Shown in pieces: positions 14,597-24,450 of a DNA stretch of 36,697 nucleotides. The notes under the pieces are model-generated. The model saw only the letters and a program-made list of their open reading frames with translations, made no database searches and had not been told where the DNA came from. Source of the DNA: a virus (Duplodnaviria; Caudoviricetes); IMG/VR virus record IMGVR_UViG_3300037506_000345, positions 1 through 36,697 of that record, one strand, 5' to 3'. The translations under genes were made by a program, and so were the position numbers. Position 1 is the first letter of the stretch; each line of letters starts with the position of its first letter.

Positions 14597-15467
14597 GAAC
14601 AAGGTGGGGCGGTTCTCCCTGGAGGAGATGGAGTTCATCCAGAAGCACGCGGCGTCGATGTCGCCGCTGGACATAGCGAGGCGTCTTAACCGGACGAAGG
14701 CGGCGGTGCAGGAGTACATAGACCGCTTTTACGCCCCGAAGGCCTACACACACCCTGCGGGTTCCGAGGTGGCGGGCAAGGATTCGCCGGACGCCATCCG
14801 GAAGGAGCTGCGGCAGTCGGAGCTGTGGAAGCGGCTGAGGCAGGAGCTGAGCCAGGAGGAGCTGGGGTTCTTCGACGAGGAGTACGTCAAGATGATGTCG
14901 CAGTTCAAGGGGGACGTGCTGCCGACGGAGGAGTCGCAGATATTCGACGCCATCAAGCTGGAGATTCTGAAGTCTCGGAACCTGGTGGAGAGGCGGAAGT
15001 CTCGGGAGGACATCCGGCGGCTGGAGGAGCAGCGGGACGTTTTCCTGAGGGGGTTTTCCTCTCTGGCGGACATGACGGGCGCGGACCGTGACCGGGCGTT
15101 GAGCTACGAGACGTCCATCCAGGCGGCGAAGGCGGCGGACCAGTCGAGGACGGCGGAGTACGACAAGCTGCAGCAGCGGAAGGACGCCATCATGAAGACG
15201 ATGAAGGCGACGCGTGACCAGCGGTTCAAGGAGGTGGAGTCGGCGAAGGAGAGCATCCTGGGGTTGTTCAAGAAGCTGCAGCTGCGTGAGGAGCAGGCGA
15301 AGGAGTCGAGGGCGGCCGTCCTGATGGACATGGCGACGAAGCGGGAGTACGAGCGGTTGAGCGCCGCGCACGTCTACGAGGACGGCAAGGAGGACCGGCC
15401 GGTTTTGAACGCCGAGACGGTCCAGCTTCAGGGCGAAAAAAATACGGGAGGGGGCGATGGAGGGTGA
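14589..15467 (+). CDS. Putative terminase small subunit (N-terminal HTH + coiled coil)
   Basis: MSPLDIARRLNRTKAAVQEYI HTH; long helical body; position upstream of TerL. Function inferred. Confidence 0.55.
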   Translation: MAKNKVGRFSLEEMEFIQKHAASMSPLDIARRLNRTKAAVQEYIDRFYAPKAYTHPAGSEVAGKDSPDAIRKELRQSELWKRLRQELSQEELGFFDEEYVKMMSQFKGDVLPTEESQIFDAIKLEILKSRNLVERRKSREDIRRLEEQRDVFLRGFSSLADMTGADRDRALSYETSIQAAKAADQSRTAEYDKLQQRKDAIMKTMKATRDQRFKEVESAKESILGLFKKLQLREEQAKESRAAVLMDMATKREYERLSAAHVYEDGKEDRPVLNAETVQLQGEKNTGGGDGG

Positions 15468-15771
15468 GTCTTTGCCAAACCAGCAAGGCCCCGCATTGTT
15501 TCTCGGGTCGCGGATGGCGGAGTTTCTGAACGGGTTGTTGGAGCTGGACCCTGTGGCGGCGAACGCGTTGTTTTCCCTGCGCGTTCCCCCTGGGGGGTTG
15601 GTCAAGCACCCCGACCTGACGTTCCGGCACCACGACTGCGGGCTGAGTTTCGGGTTGATGGGGTTGTTGAACGGGTTCCTCGGCGACGACAAGATAGTGG
15701 CGGTAGCCACGTTGGACGGGCAGGTGGTGCGGTTCATGACGAAGGCGGAGTATGAGCTTGAGCAGGGTTAA
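15457..15771 (+). CDS. Hypothetical protein
   Basis: RBS and coupling; FGLMGLLNGF motif. Confidence 0.75.
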   Translation: MEGESLPNQQGPALFLGSRMAEFLNGLLELDPVAANALFSLRVPPGGLVKHPDLTFRHHDCGLSFGLMGLLNGFLGDDKIVAVATLDGQVVRFMTKAEYELEQG

Positions 15772-16057
15772 GCCTCAGGAGGCGGTGAAGAAGGCGGCGG
15801 GCAAGTGCGCGTTCTGCGACGAGTCGGCGTACGAGTGTTTGGAGGCCCACCGGATAGTTCCCGGGTGTCAGGGCGGGAAGTACAAACACAGGGAAAATTT
15901 GGTCGTGTTGTGCGCGAACCACCACAGCAAGGTCCACCTCGGCACGCTGAGGATTCACCGCCGGTACGACTCGACCGGCGGGCCGGTGTTGCACATCACC
16001 GAGGACGGGGTGGACTACTTCCACTTCGAGTTGACCGGCAGGAGGGTGCTGGCGTGA
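15752..16057 (+). CDS. HNH endonuclease
   Basis: CAFC...LEAHRIVPG...GGKY...NLVVLCANHHSKVH. Confidence 0.85.
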   Translation: MSLSRVKPQEAVKKAAGKCAFCDESAYECLEAHRIVPGCQGGKYKHRENLVVLCANHHSKVHLGTLRIHRRYDSTGGPVLHITEDGVDYFHFELTGRRVLA

Positions 16058-16359
16058 GGGACTTCAAGTCGCCGGCGTACCAGGCGATGCGTCGGGCGGT
16101 GTTGCGTCGGGACGGGCACGGGTGTGTTTTCCCCGGTTGTGGGGCGAGGCGAAAGCTGAAGGTCCACCACATAAGGCGGTACGCGGACTCGCCGGGGGTG
16201 GGGCACTCCGTCCAGAACTGTTGTACGCTGTGTCGGGCGCACCACGACCTGGTGACGGGGCGTGAGGAGGAGTACGTCGGGCTGTTCACCACGATAGTGG
16301 GGGTGGCCGGCGACCCGGTGCTGGAGATGATGATTGAGCGAGCGCATGAGCAAGGATAG
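16054..16359 (+). CDS. HNH endonuclease
   Basis: GTGA coupling; VLRRDGHGCVFPGC...VHHI...NCCTLCRAHH. Confidence 0.85.
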   Translation: MRDFKSPAYQAMRRAVLRRDGHGCVFPGCGARRKLKVHHIRRYADSPGVGHSVQNCCTLCRAHHDLVTGREEEYVGLFTTIVGVAGDPVLEMMIERAHEQG

Positions 16360-16798
16360 GCCTCGGATACTTGTGGACCAGCGGGAAAAGACCCCGTGGG
16401 AGTTCAAGGACTGGGAGAGCGACGTCCGGACGATGCCGACGGGCGACTACACCCTGGAGGGGTTCGAGAAGGTTGTGTCGGTCGAGAGGAAGGGGGGTGT
16501 GGCGGAGTTCGCCCAGAACCTGTACCAGGACCGGTTCGAGCGTGAGCTGGCGAGGCTCGACGAGGTGCGGCACCCCTTCTGCGTGCTCGAGTTCTCCATG
16601 GAGGACTTGCTTTCCTACCCGAAGGGGTCGGGCATACCGTACAGCCGCTACAAGTACCTGCGCTCGACGGGCCCGTCCCTGCTGAGGAGACTCAACCAGT
16701 ACCAACTGAGGTTCCGGGCGAGGTTCGTTTTCGCCGGCGCGCAGGGGAAGGCGTTCGTGGTGAGCCTGTTCAAAAGGGTGCTCGAGTGCACCGTGTAG
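16346..16798 (+). CDS. ERCC4/XPF-like nuclease
   Basis: ILVDQREK, TGDYT, VSVERK motifs. Confidence 0.85.
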   Translation: MSKDRPRILVDQREKTPWEFKDWESDVRTMPTGDYTLEGFEKVVSVERKGGVAEFAQNLYQDRFERELARLDEVRHPFCVLEFSMEDLLSYPKGSGIPYSRYKYLRSTGPSLLRRLNQYQLRFRARFVFAGAQGKAFVVSLFKRVLECTV

Positions 16799-19700
16799 AG
16801 GCCAGGCTCAACGACCTCGGCTACGACCAGAAGTCGGTGCTGGAGCAGCTGGAGAACGCCTGGTTAAATCTCGGGGACACCTCGCGGATACTGACGCCGA
16901 ACCTGTGGGATTACCGCACGCCTGAGGACGTCGAGAACCCGGTCGAGTTCATGCTGAACCTGTACCGGCAACCCCAGCACTTCGACATGACGTGCCGGCA
17001 CCTCTTGAACAAGCAGCTGCACCCGTTCCAGCACGTCATCCTTCGGGAGCTGTGGACCAAGGCCTTCCCGATGGTGGTGGCGAGCCGTGGCGCGAGCAAG
17101 TCCTTTTCCATGGCGGTCTACATCGTCTTGAGGTCCCTGCTGTGCCAGGGGTCGAAGGTGGTCATCGTGGGGGCGTCGTTCCGCACGGCCAAGGTCATCT
17201 TCGAGTACGTCGAGGACATCTGGTACAACGCCCCCGTCCTGCGAGACATCTGCTCGGGCAGCTCGAAGAACGGGCCCCGCAGGGAGGTCGACAGGTGCCA
17301 CTGCCGGATTGGCGAGTCGTACATCTCGGCGCTGCCCCTCGGCACCGGCGAGAAGATTCGTGGCCAGCGGGCCAACATCCTCATAGCCGACGAGTTCGCC
17401 TGTCTGGAGGGGGACACGTTGGTGGAGACCGACATAGGACTGGTCAGGATAGGCGGGTGCGAGGACAAGCTTGGCACATTCCTGGTGCGTCGTTCGGATG
17501 GGCGGTTCGTTGCGCCGGACCGCTACATACGGACCCCGCCCACCGAGGCCTACCGGGTCACGACTAGGATGGGGTACGAGTTCGTTTGCTCGGGCATCCA
17601 CAAGGTAAAAACAACCAAGGGGTGGAAGCTGGCCAAGGAGCTGACCAGCGAAGACTACCTGGTGCATCAAGCTAGCGACTATTTCCCGGACGGCGAGGTG
17701 GTAGAAGACGGGTTAGAAGTCTCCTCGGACGTCGGGTGGCTGTTGGGGACGTTGGTTTCCGAAGGGGGCGTGGCCGGTCGGTACGTCGTTGGTGTCCATA
17801 CCACTGATATTGAAACCGCCAAGCGGACAAAAAGTGTCTTAGAAACATTTTCTAAGAATAAAGTGTCGATAGACACCAGGAATGGGTATATCGACAAGCG
17901 AGGCTGGCTGTGCAAACAGTCGTACACGGCAAGGGTGTGCGACGTGGGCCTGCGCGGCCGTCTGGAGGCGTTAGGACTCTCAAGAGTACGCGCTTCCGAC
18001 AAGGTCGTGCCCGACTGCATCCTGCGTTCTCCCCGGCGTGTCGTCCTGGCATTTTTGAGCGGGTTGTTTGACGGCGACGGCACGGCGTTTCTCTGGAAAA
18101 GCCGCGGTAAGAACAACCACCTTGGCGTGGCGTATTACACGGCGTCGGGGCGGCTGGCCAAAGACGTTCAGCTGTTGCTTCACAAGCTTGGTGTGGTCTG
18201 CAGCCGGACGAGTCGTCGCAGCCGCCTATCCACCCATCCGCAGTGGATGCTTCGGGTCAACGGCGAAGACGCCCATCGCCTGGCAGGCATGCTGAACATC
18301 CCTAGGTGGCGTGGCGTGGTGGCGTCGGCCTGTCAGCCGCACGCGGGCGGTCCGTGCTGGTGCGCGGACCGGAAGCGGTGGCGGGCTTACACGTACGCCG
18401 ACGGCAGGGTGAAAAACGCCGGGTGCTATCAGTCGGAATCGGAGGCGGGCGAACAGGCCATCGCCCCCCACCTGCGTGTCAAGGGCGTCGAACGGCTCGA
18501 CGGCCTGCACACTCTGTACGACTTTCACGTCCCCGACGGCCACGAGTTTTTGGCCGCGTCGTTTGTGCAGCACAACAGTATCCCGGTAGAAATATTTGAA
18601 AACGTCGTGTCGGGTTTCGCCGCGGTGGCGATGTCCCCGATAGACAAGGTGAAGCAGCGGGCGGCCCAGCGTGTCAAGGTGATGTTGGGGCTGGCCGAGG
18701 ACGCGGGCGAGGTCCCCCTGGTCCCGGGGATGAACTCCAACCAGACCGTGCTGGCCGGGACGGCGTACTACGCGTTCAACCACTTCTACTCGTACTGGAA
18801 GCGGTACTGCGACATCATCAACTCCCGCGGCGACCGCCAGAAGCTGGAGGAGATTTTCGGGGGCGAGGTCCCGGCCAAGTTCGACTGGAGGGCGTTCTCC
18901 GTCGTCAGGCTGCCGGTGGAGATGCTGCCCGAGGACTACATGGACGAGGCGCACGTCGCCAAGCAGAAGGCGACGCTGACCAAGCACCAGTACGGGCTTG
19001 AGTACGCCGCCATATGGGCTACCGACTCCGACGGCTTCTTCAGGCGGTCTCTGGTCGAGTCGTGCGTGGTCGGCAAGCCGGAGTCGCCAATCGTCCTCCC
19101 CGACGTGGGCGAGGTGGCGTTTTCCGCCAGGGTCCGCGGGGACCCCAACAGGAAGCACGTCATCGGGGTGGACCCGGCCTCGGAGCAGGACAACTTCTCG
19201 GTGGTGGTGGTGGAGTTGTGGCCCAACCACCGCAGGGTGGTCTACTGCTGGGCGACGACCCGCAGGCGGCACAAGACGAGGGTCCGCAAGGGCCTGGCCA
19301 AGGAGCAGGACTTCTACGGGTACGCCGCCGGCAAGATACGCGAGCTGATACAGCTGTTCCCCTGCGAGCTGGTCCTGATGGACGGCCAGGGCGGCGGCGT
19401 GGCGGTCATGGAGGCGCTGGCCGACTCGAGCCGGGCGGAGGGGGGAGTGCCCATCCTTCCGACCATCGACCACGACAAGCCGAAGGACACGGACGCGATG
19501 CCGGGCCTGCACATCATCGAGATTGTGCAGTTCGCCCGCTCCGACTGGGTGTCGGAGGCCAACCACGGGCTGAGGTTCGACATGGAGAGCAAGGCTTTGC
19601 TGTTCCCCCAGATGAACTCGGCCGAGATTGGGGCCGCCATCGAGGAGGACAAGATTGCCGGCCGGGTGGTCCCGTCCGAGTACGGCGAGGAGGACCGGCT

Positions 19701-20076
19701 TTACGACACGCTGGAGGACTGCGCTCTCGAAATCGAGGACCTGAAGGACGAGCTGGCCACCATCGTGCACACGCAAGTGGGGGTGACGATGCGGGACCGG
19801 TGGGACGTGCCCGGGTCGGCGCAGGGCGGGGGGCGGAAGAACCGCCTGCGGAAGGACCGGTACTCGGCCCTGCTGATGGCTAACATGGGGGCGAGGCAGT
19901 CGGCCAGGGCCACGCTGTCGCCCCGGCTGGAGGTGTACGGCGGGTTCGTGCGCGACCTGGTCAAGGGGCGGCCGGCCTGGGGCGGCGGAGGGCACCACCA
20001 GAACCCGCCCTGGTACGAGGCGGCCACACGTGAAAGGGGGTACGGGGTTGCGGTCCGCCGGGGTAATTCCCATTAG
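16786..20076 (+). CDS. terL: Terminase large subunit (intein-containing)
   Basis: Walker A SRGASKS, IRGQRAN-ILIADE Walker B, nuclease VIGVDPA and KDRYSAL. Confidence 0.92.
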   Translation: MHRVEARLNDLGYDQKSVLEQLENAWLNLGDTSRILTPNLWDYRTPEDVENPVEFMLNLYRQPQHFDMTCRHLLNKQLHPFQHVILRELWTKAFPMVVASRGASKSFSMAVYIVLRSLLCQGSKVVIVGASFRTAKVIFEYVEDIWYNAPVLRDICSGSSKNGPRREVDRCHCRIGESYISALPLGTGEKIRGQRANILIADEFACLEGDTLVETDIGLVRIGGCEDKLGTFLVRRSDGRFVAPDRYIRTPPTEAYRVTTRMGYEFVCSGIHKVKTTKGWKLAKELTSEDYLVHQASDYFPDGEVVEDGLEVSSDVGWLLGTLVSEGGVAGRYVVGVHTTDIETAKRTKSVLETFSKNKVSIDTRNGYIDKRGWLCKQSYTARVCDVGLRGRLEALGLSRVRASDKVVPDCILRSPRRVVLAFLSGLFDGDGTAFLWKSRGKNNHLGVAYYTASGRLAKDVQLLLHKLGVVCSRTSRRSRLSTHPQWMLRVNGEDAHRLAGMLNIPRWRGVVASACQPHAGGPCWCADRKRWRAYTYADGRVKNAGCYQSESEAGEQAIAPHLRVKGVERLDGLHTLYDFHVPDGHEFLAASFVQHNSIPVEIFENVVSGFAAVAMSPIDKVKQRAAQRVKVMLGLAEDAGEVPLVPGMNSNQTVLAGTAYYAFNHFYSYWKRYCDIINSRGDRQKLEEIFGGEVPAKFDWRAFSVVRLPVEMLPEDYMDEAHVAKQKATLTKHQYGLEYAAIWATDSDGFFRRSLVESCVVGKPESPIVLPDVGEVAFSARVRGDPNRKHVIGVDPASEQDNFSVVVVELWPNHRRVVYCWATTRRRHKTRVRKGLAKEQDFYGYAAGKIRELIQLFPCELVLMDGQGGGVAVMEALADSSRAEGGVPILPTIDHDKPKDTDAMPGLHIIEIVQFARSDWVSEANHGLRFDMESKALLFPQMNSAEIGAAIEEDKIAGRVVPSEYGEEDRLYDTLEDCALEIEDLKDELATIVHTQVGVTMRDRWDVPGSAQGGGRKNRLRKDRYSALLMANMGARQSARATLSPRLEVYGGFVRDLVKGRPAWGGGGHHQNPPWYEAATRERGYGVAVRRGNSH
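17401..18576 (+). mobile_element. Intein (392 aa) with LAGLIDADG endonuclease and AP2-like insert
   Basis: Starts CLEGDT, ends FVQHN followed by Ser; LLGTLVSEG and FLSGLFDGDG motifs; lower GC3 than the exteins. Confidence 0.93.
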
Positions 20077-20092
20077 GATGGGATTACCGTAA

Positions 20093-22243
20093 ATGGCATA
20101 CCAAGACCGAGACGGCGGGGCGAGGGCTGAGACGGGGTACCTGACCTGGTCGAACGACAAGGACAGGGCTGCCGTGCTCGCCGAGGCGGGCCGGGCCTTC
20201 GGGGCGGTCAACCCGGTGGTCCGCTCCGTGGGCACGAACGTGTACATGAACGTCGGGCCGGGCAACCAGTCGGTCCGGGACGGGTTCAACCGCGGGGATT
20301 ACGAGTACTTCCGCCCCGGCGAGGCGGGGCCGTCGACCCCAAAAGGGTGGATTGACGCGAACATGCGTGCCTACGAGGAGCACGCGATACTCAAGAACGT
20401 CGTCGACCTGATGTCGGAGTTCTGCGCGCAGGGGGCCGACCTGGTGCACCCCAACGCCCGCATCGAGAAGTTCTACAAGCAGTGGTGGAAGAAGGTCGAC
20501 GGGTACGGCCGCTCCGAGCGCTTTGTGAACATGCTGCTCAAAGGGGGGCAGTCCATCGTCAGGCGGCACACCGCGAGGCTGTCCGCCGCCGACGAGGAGA
20601 AGCTGAAGCGTACGGTGGCGGCACCCGACGCGGAGTTCCCGAAGGGGCCGAGGCCTTCCCGCAGGGAAATCCCGGTGCGGTACACCATCTTCGACCCCCG
20701 CTCGGTCGAGCTGCTCAACGAGGACGCCGCGCCGTTCATAGGCCAGCCGGGGTTCCGGTTCTCGGTCAAGGTGCCGACCAGCATCCTCAAGCTGATGCGG
20801 TCGCCCAACTCGGAGAGGGCCCAGGCCCTCCTGCGGGAGCTGCCGGCGGACGTGTCCGAGGCCCTGAAGAGCGGCAAGAACACCATCGAGCTGGACCCAG
20901 AGAAGACCACCTGCTGGCACTACAAGAAGGACGACTCCGAGGCGTGGGCCCGCCCGTTCGCGTCCCCCGTGCTGAAGAACTTCCGCGTGCTCGAGAAGCT
21001 CCAGCTGGCCGACCTGGCCGCCCTGGACGGGGCCATAAGCTCCATCCGGGTGTGGCGGCTCGGCAGCCTCGAGCACAGGTGCATGCCGTCGCCGAGCACG
21101 ATGCAGCGGCTGGCCGAGCAGCTGGCCAACAACCTGGGCGGCGGCGTCATGGACGTCGTGTGGGGCCCGGACATCGACCTGGTCGAGACGTCCACCGAGG
21201 TCCACCGGTTCCTTGGCGAGGGTAAGTACGCCCCCACCCTCAAGGCGATTTACGCGGGGCTGGGGATACCGCAGGCCCTGACCGGCGAGTCGAACGGGGG
21301 CGGGTTCACCAACAACTACTTCTCCCTCAAGACCCTCATCGAGAGGCTCCAGTACGTCCGCAAGCTGCTCGTGCGGTTCTGGGAAGGCGAGCTCAGGCTG
21401 GTGCAGGAGGCCATGGGCTTCCGGTTCCCGGCGACCCTGACGTTCGACCAGCTTCTGACCGACGAGGCCTCGGAGAGGCAGCTGCTGCTGAACATGGCCG
21501 ACCGCGACCTCATCTCCATCGAGAGCCTGCAGGACCGGTTCGGCCTGAGCCACGAAATCGAGGACGTCCGCATCCGCCGCGACCAGAGGAGGAGGAAGTC
21601 GGGCCTGGTGCCGAGGAAGGCGTCGCCGTTCCACGACGCCAACCGCGACTCAGGCCTGGAGAAGATTTTCGCCGGGACCGGGCAGTACACCCCCGGCGAG
21701 TTCGGGCTGGAGATGGAGGAGCGCGGCGAGGGCGAGGTGCCGCCGGCGGAGTCGGCCTCCCAGCAGAAGGCGGCCAAGCCCAAGGGTCAGCCGGGGCAGG
21801 GGCGGCCGCCGTTTTCCAAGGACAAGTCCAAGCGGAAAGAGAAGAAGCCCCGCCCGAAGAGGACCATCGGCTTCGTCCGCGACGTGCACTCCGCCGAGCG
21901 GGCCCTCGGGGAGGTCGCCCGGGTGATGACCCCCCTCCTGCTGGGGGCCCTAGGCAAGAAATCCTTGCGTGAGCTGACCGACAGGCAGGCCGCCGACTTC
22001 GAGGAGCTGAAGTTCGCCGTCCTCTGCCGGGTCGGCGTGGCGGTGACAGAGGGCGGCGTCAGGGAGGCCGTCTCCGACCCGTCCCTGGCCGTGCCCGAGA
22101 GGGCCGGGGCCCTGTTAAAAGCCACCGTGGACAGCTACACGGGGGAGGCCGGCAGGCCCCCGTCTCTGGAGACGCTGAGGAAGTTTCAGGCGGGGGTGTA
22201 CGCGGCGGAGTACGGGGAAGGTGTAGTAAAAGAGGAGGCATAA
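20093..22243 (+). CDS. Portal protein
   Basis: Follows TerL; ILKNVVDLMSEF, YKKDD-x-x-x-WA-x-P, IYAGLGIP motifs; 716 aa. Confidence 0.8.
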   Translation: MAYQDRDGGARAETGYLTWSNDKDRAAVLAEAGRAFGAVNPVVRSVGTNVYMNVGPGNQSVRDGFNRGDYEYFRPGEAGPSTPKGWIDANMRAYEEHAILKNVVDLMSEFCAQGADLVHPNARIEKFYKQWWKKVDGYGRSERFVNMLLKGGQSIVRRHTARLSAADEEKLKRTVAAPDAEFPKGPRPSRREIPVRYTIFDPRSVELLNEDAAPFIGQPGFRFSVKVPTSILKLMRSPNSERAQALLRELPADVSEALKSGKNTIELDPEKTTCWHYKKDDSEAWARPFASPVLKNFRVLEKLQLADLAALDGAISSIRVWRLGSLEHRCMPSPSTMQRLAEQLANNLGGGVMDVVWGPDIDLVETSTEVHRFLGEGKYAPTLKAIYAGLGIPQALTGESNGGGFTNNYFSLKTLIERLQYVRKLLVRFWEGELRLVQEAMGFRFPATLTFDQLLTDEASERQLLLNMADRDLISIESLQDRFGLSHEIEDVRIRRDQRRRKSGLVPRKASPFHDANRDSGLEKIFAGTGQYTPGEFGLEMEERGEGEVPPAESASQQKAAKPKGQPGQGRPPFSKDKSKRKEKKPRPKRTIGFVRDVHSAERALGEVARVMTPLLLGALGKKSLRELTDRQAADFEELKFAVLCRVGVAVTEGGVREAVSDPSLAVPERAGALLKATVDSYTGEAGRPPSLETLRKFQAGVYAAEYGEGVVKEEA

Positions 22244-22489
22244 ATGGCCAAGTTCGTGATTGAGTTCGACAGCGTCGAGAAGACCGTTTCCGTCACCAAG
22301 GACGGGGAGCCCGTGGACAACGTCAAGCGGGTCTACATCGGTGAGGACTGGGAAACGAAAGGTAAGTTCGGCATCGACATCACCACCAAGGCGGAAGACG
22401 ACGAGAACAAGATTACCACCTACCAGACGATGACGGCGGAGCAGCGGGCCACGGCCGCCGCCGAAATCTCCAAGCGGTTCTCGCCGTGA
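22244..22489 (+). CDS. Hypothetical protein
   Basis: GAGGAGG RBS. Confidence 0.8.
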   Translation: MAKFVIEFDSVEKTVSVTKDGEPVDNVKRVYIGEDWETKGKFGIDITTKAEDDENKITTYQTMTAEQRATAAAEISKRFSP

Positions 22490-23922
22490 AGCCGGTCGTC
22501 TTCCAGCGGGAGGTCGACGACGGCCTCCGCGACGCCGTCCTCTCGTCCGGCACCCTGGCGATGGCCAGCGTGGCCACCCCCTGCGAGCCATTCCCTACCG
22601 AGCGATGGCGGAAGCGGCTCGAGAGGGCGGTCGGCACGAACTTAGGGCAGCCGGACCTGTTCTACCTGAAGACGGTTCTGGTCTCCACCGGGTGGAACAA
22701 GAACGACGACGTGTTCGACCAGGCGGAGGTGTGGGCGGCCCGCCACACCCCCGAGGACAAGCCGTTCAACTACGAGCACGACTGCGCCGACATCATCGGC
22801 CACATGACGGAGTGCTACGCCAGCGGCGAGGAAGGGGCCATCGACGACTCCCTGCCGGTCGACGCCCTCCCCCGCAAGTTCGACATCGTCACCCAGGCCG
22901 TGGTCTACAAGCTCTGGCCCAAGCGGGAGCTGCAGGAGAGGATGGACCGCATCCTCGCCGAGGTCGCCGAGGGGAAGTGGTTCGTCTCCATGGAGGCGTA
23001 CTTCCGCGGGTTCGACTACGCCATGGTGTCGGCCGCCGGGGACGCCAAGGTCGTCCTGCGGGACAAGGACACCTCCTTCCTGACCCGGCACCTGAAATGC
23101 TACGGCGGCGAGGGCGAGTACGACGGCTGGCGCATCGGCCGGCTGCTGCGCGACATCACCTTCTCCGGCAAAGGCCTGGTCCGCAACCCGGCCAACCCGG
23201 ACAGCGTCATCCTCTCCCACGCCCGCGAGTTTTGCGCCGGCGTGGGGTATTTCACATCACCCAAGGAGCACGTTAAGGACATGCCGAAAGATACCGACGC
23301 CCACGAGGGCGAAATCGAGTCGCTGAAGGCGACCCTGGAGAGCCAGGCCAAGACGCTGGCGGACGAGCAGGCGGCGAGCGCCCAGGCTAAGGCCCAGGCC
23401 AAGCAGGCCGCCGAGGAGCTGGCACAGGCGAACTCGGAACTCGAGGCCGTCCGGGCCCAGCTGGCCGAGGCGCAAAAACAGGCGGCCGAGGCTGCCGCCC
23501 GCGCCGACAAGCTCGAGAAGGAGCTGTCCGCCGCGGAGGAGCGGTTCAAGGCCGTCGGCGGCGAACTCGAGAGCCTCAAGGCCTCGAAGAAGAAGTCCGA
23601 CCGGGAGCGGCTCGCCTCCGACAAGCTCGGCCTCGACGCCCAGAAGGCGGCCCGGCTGGTCGAGAACGCCCAGGCGATGACCGACGAGCAGTTCGCCGCC
23701 CACGTCGAGGTGATGGCCGAGCTGAAGGGCGAGAAGCCCGCCGAGACCAAGGGCGCCAAGGTCGCCGAGAGCGACCCGGCCGCGGCCGCCGCCGACCCGG
23801 GCGTGATTAGCCGCGCGGAGGAAAACAAGGAGCCGGCCCTGGCCGGCGGAAAATCTGGTGTAAACGATTTGCGACTGACCATCGCGAAGCACTTCGGCTA
23901 CACCGAGACGGCCCAGTCCTAA
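22486..23922 (+). CDS. Prohead protease-scaffold fusion (probable internal scaffold start at 23281)
   Basis: NKNDDVF, FNYEH-x4-IIGH, VSME, FSGKGLVRNPA protease motifs; coiled-coil C-terminal half; internal AAGGA RBS + ATG. Confidence 0.82.
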   Translation: MKPVVFQREVDDGLRDAVLSSGTLAMASVATPCEPFPTERWRKRLERAVGTNLGQPDLFYLKTVLVSTGWNKNDDVFDQAEVWAARHTPEDKPFNYEHDCADIIGHMTECYASGEEGAIDDSLPVDALPRKFDIVTQAVVYKLWPKRELQERMDRILAEVAEGKWFVSMEAYFRGFDYAMVSAAGDAKVVLRDKDTSFLTRHLKCYGGEGEYDGWRIGRLLRDITFSGKGLVRNPANPDSVILSHAREFCAGVGYFTSPKEHVKDMPKDTDAHEGEIESLKATLESQAKTLADEQAASAQAKAQAKQAAEELAQANSELEAVRAQLAEAQKQAAEAAARADKLEKELSAAEERFKAVGGELESLKASKKKSDRERLASDKLGLDAQKAARLVENAQAMTDEQFAAHVEVMAELKGEKPAETKGAKVAESDPAAAAADPGVISRAEENKEPALAGGKSGVNDLRLTIAKHFGYTETAQS

Positions 23923-23943
23923 CGAGAACAACACGGAGCAGAT

Positions 23944-24417
23944 ATGGCGCTGAAAGGCGAGCGGAAGGTAATCGAGGACGAAATCAACCTCACCTGCGAG
24001 AGCGTGGCTGAGGCGGGCACCGTCCTGTGCTACAAGACGGCGGGCTCGGGCGTGGCCACCGGCGACCGCCAGAACGAGGCGGACCTGTACGCTAACCCGT
24101 CGGGCAAGGTGCCCGCGGCGATGCTGATGGTCAACGTCGTCAGCGTGGACGAGACGCGGTACCACCGCAACTTCCACAACCTGGAGTCGCTGGTGGGCGA
24201 GCCGGCCTACATGGCCCGCAAGGGGAGGTTCGTCACCAACAAGGTGACCGGCACCCCGACCGTCGGGGCCACGGCCTACCTGACCGCCAGCGGCGTTTTG
24301 ACCCCGACCCTGTCCACGACCGGCGGCCTGGTCGCCACCCCGAAGGTTGGCCAGTTCTCCGGCGTCCTGGACGAGAACGGGTACGCGTCCGTCGACATCA
24401 ACCTGCCGGTTGTCTAA
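23944..24417 (+). CDS. Capsid decoration/stabilising protein
   Basis: Between scaffold and MCP; GTPTVGATAYL...VGQF...DENGYASVDINL. Confidence 0.7.
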   Translation: MALKGERKVIEDEINLTCESVAEAGTVLCYKTAGSGVATGDRQNEADLYANPSGKVPAAMLMVNVVSVDETRYHRNFHNLESLVGEPAYMARKGRFVTNKVTGTPTVGATAYLTASGVLTPTLSTTGGLVATPKVGQFSGVLDENGYASVDINLPVV

Positions 24418-24450
24418 GCAGGTTTTCTCGAGGTAACCATACAAAGAACC

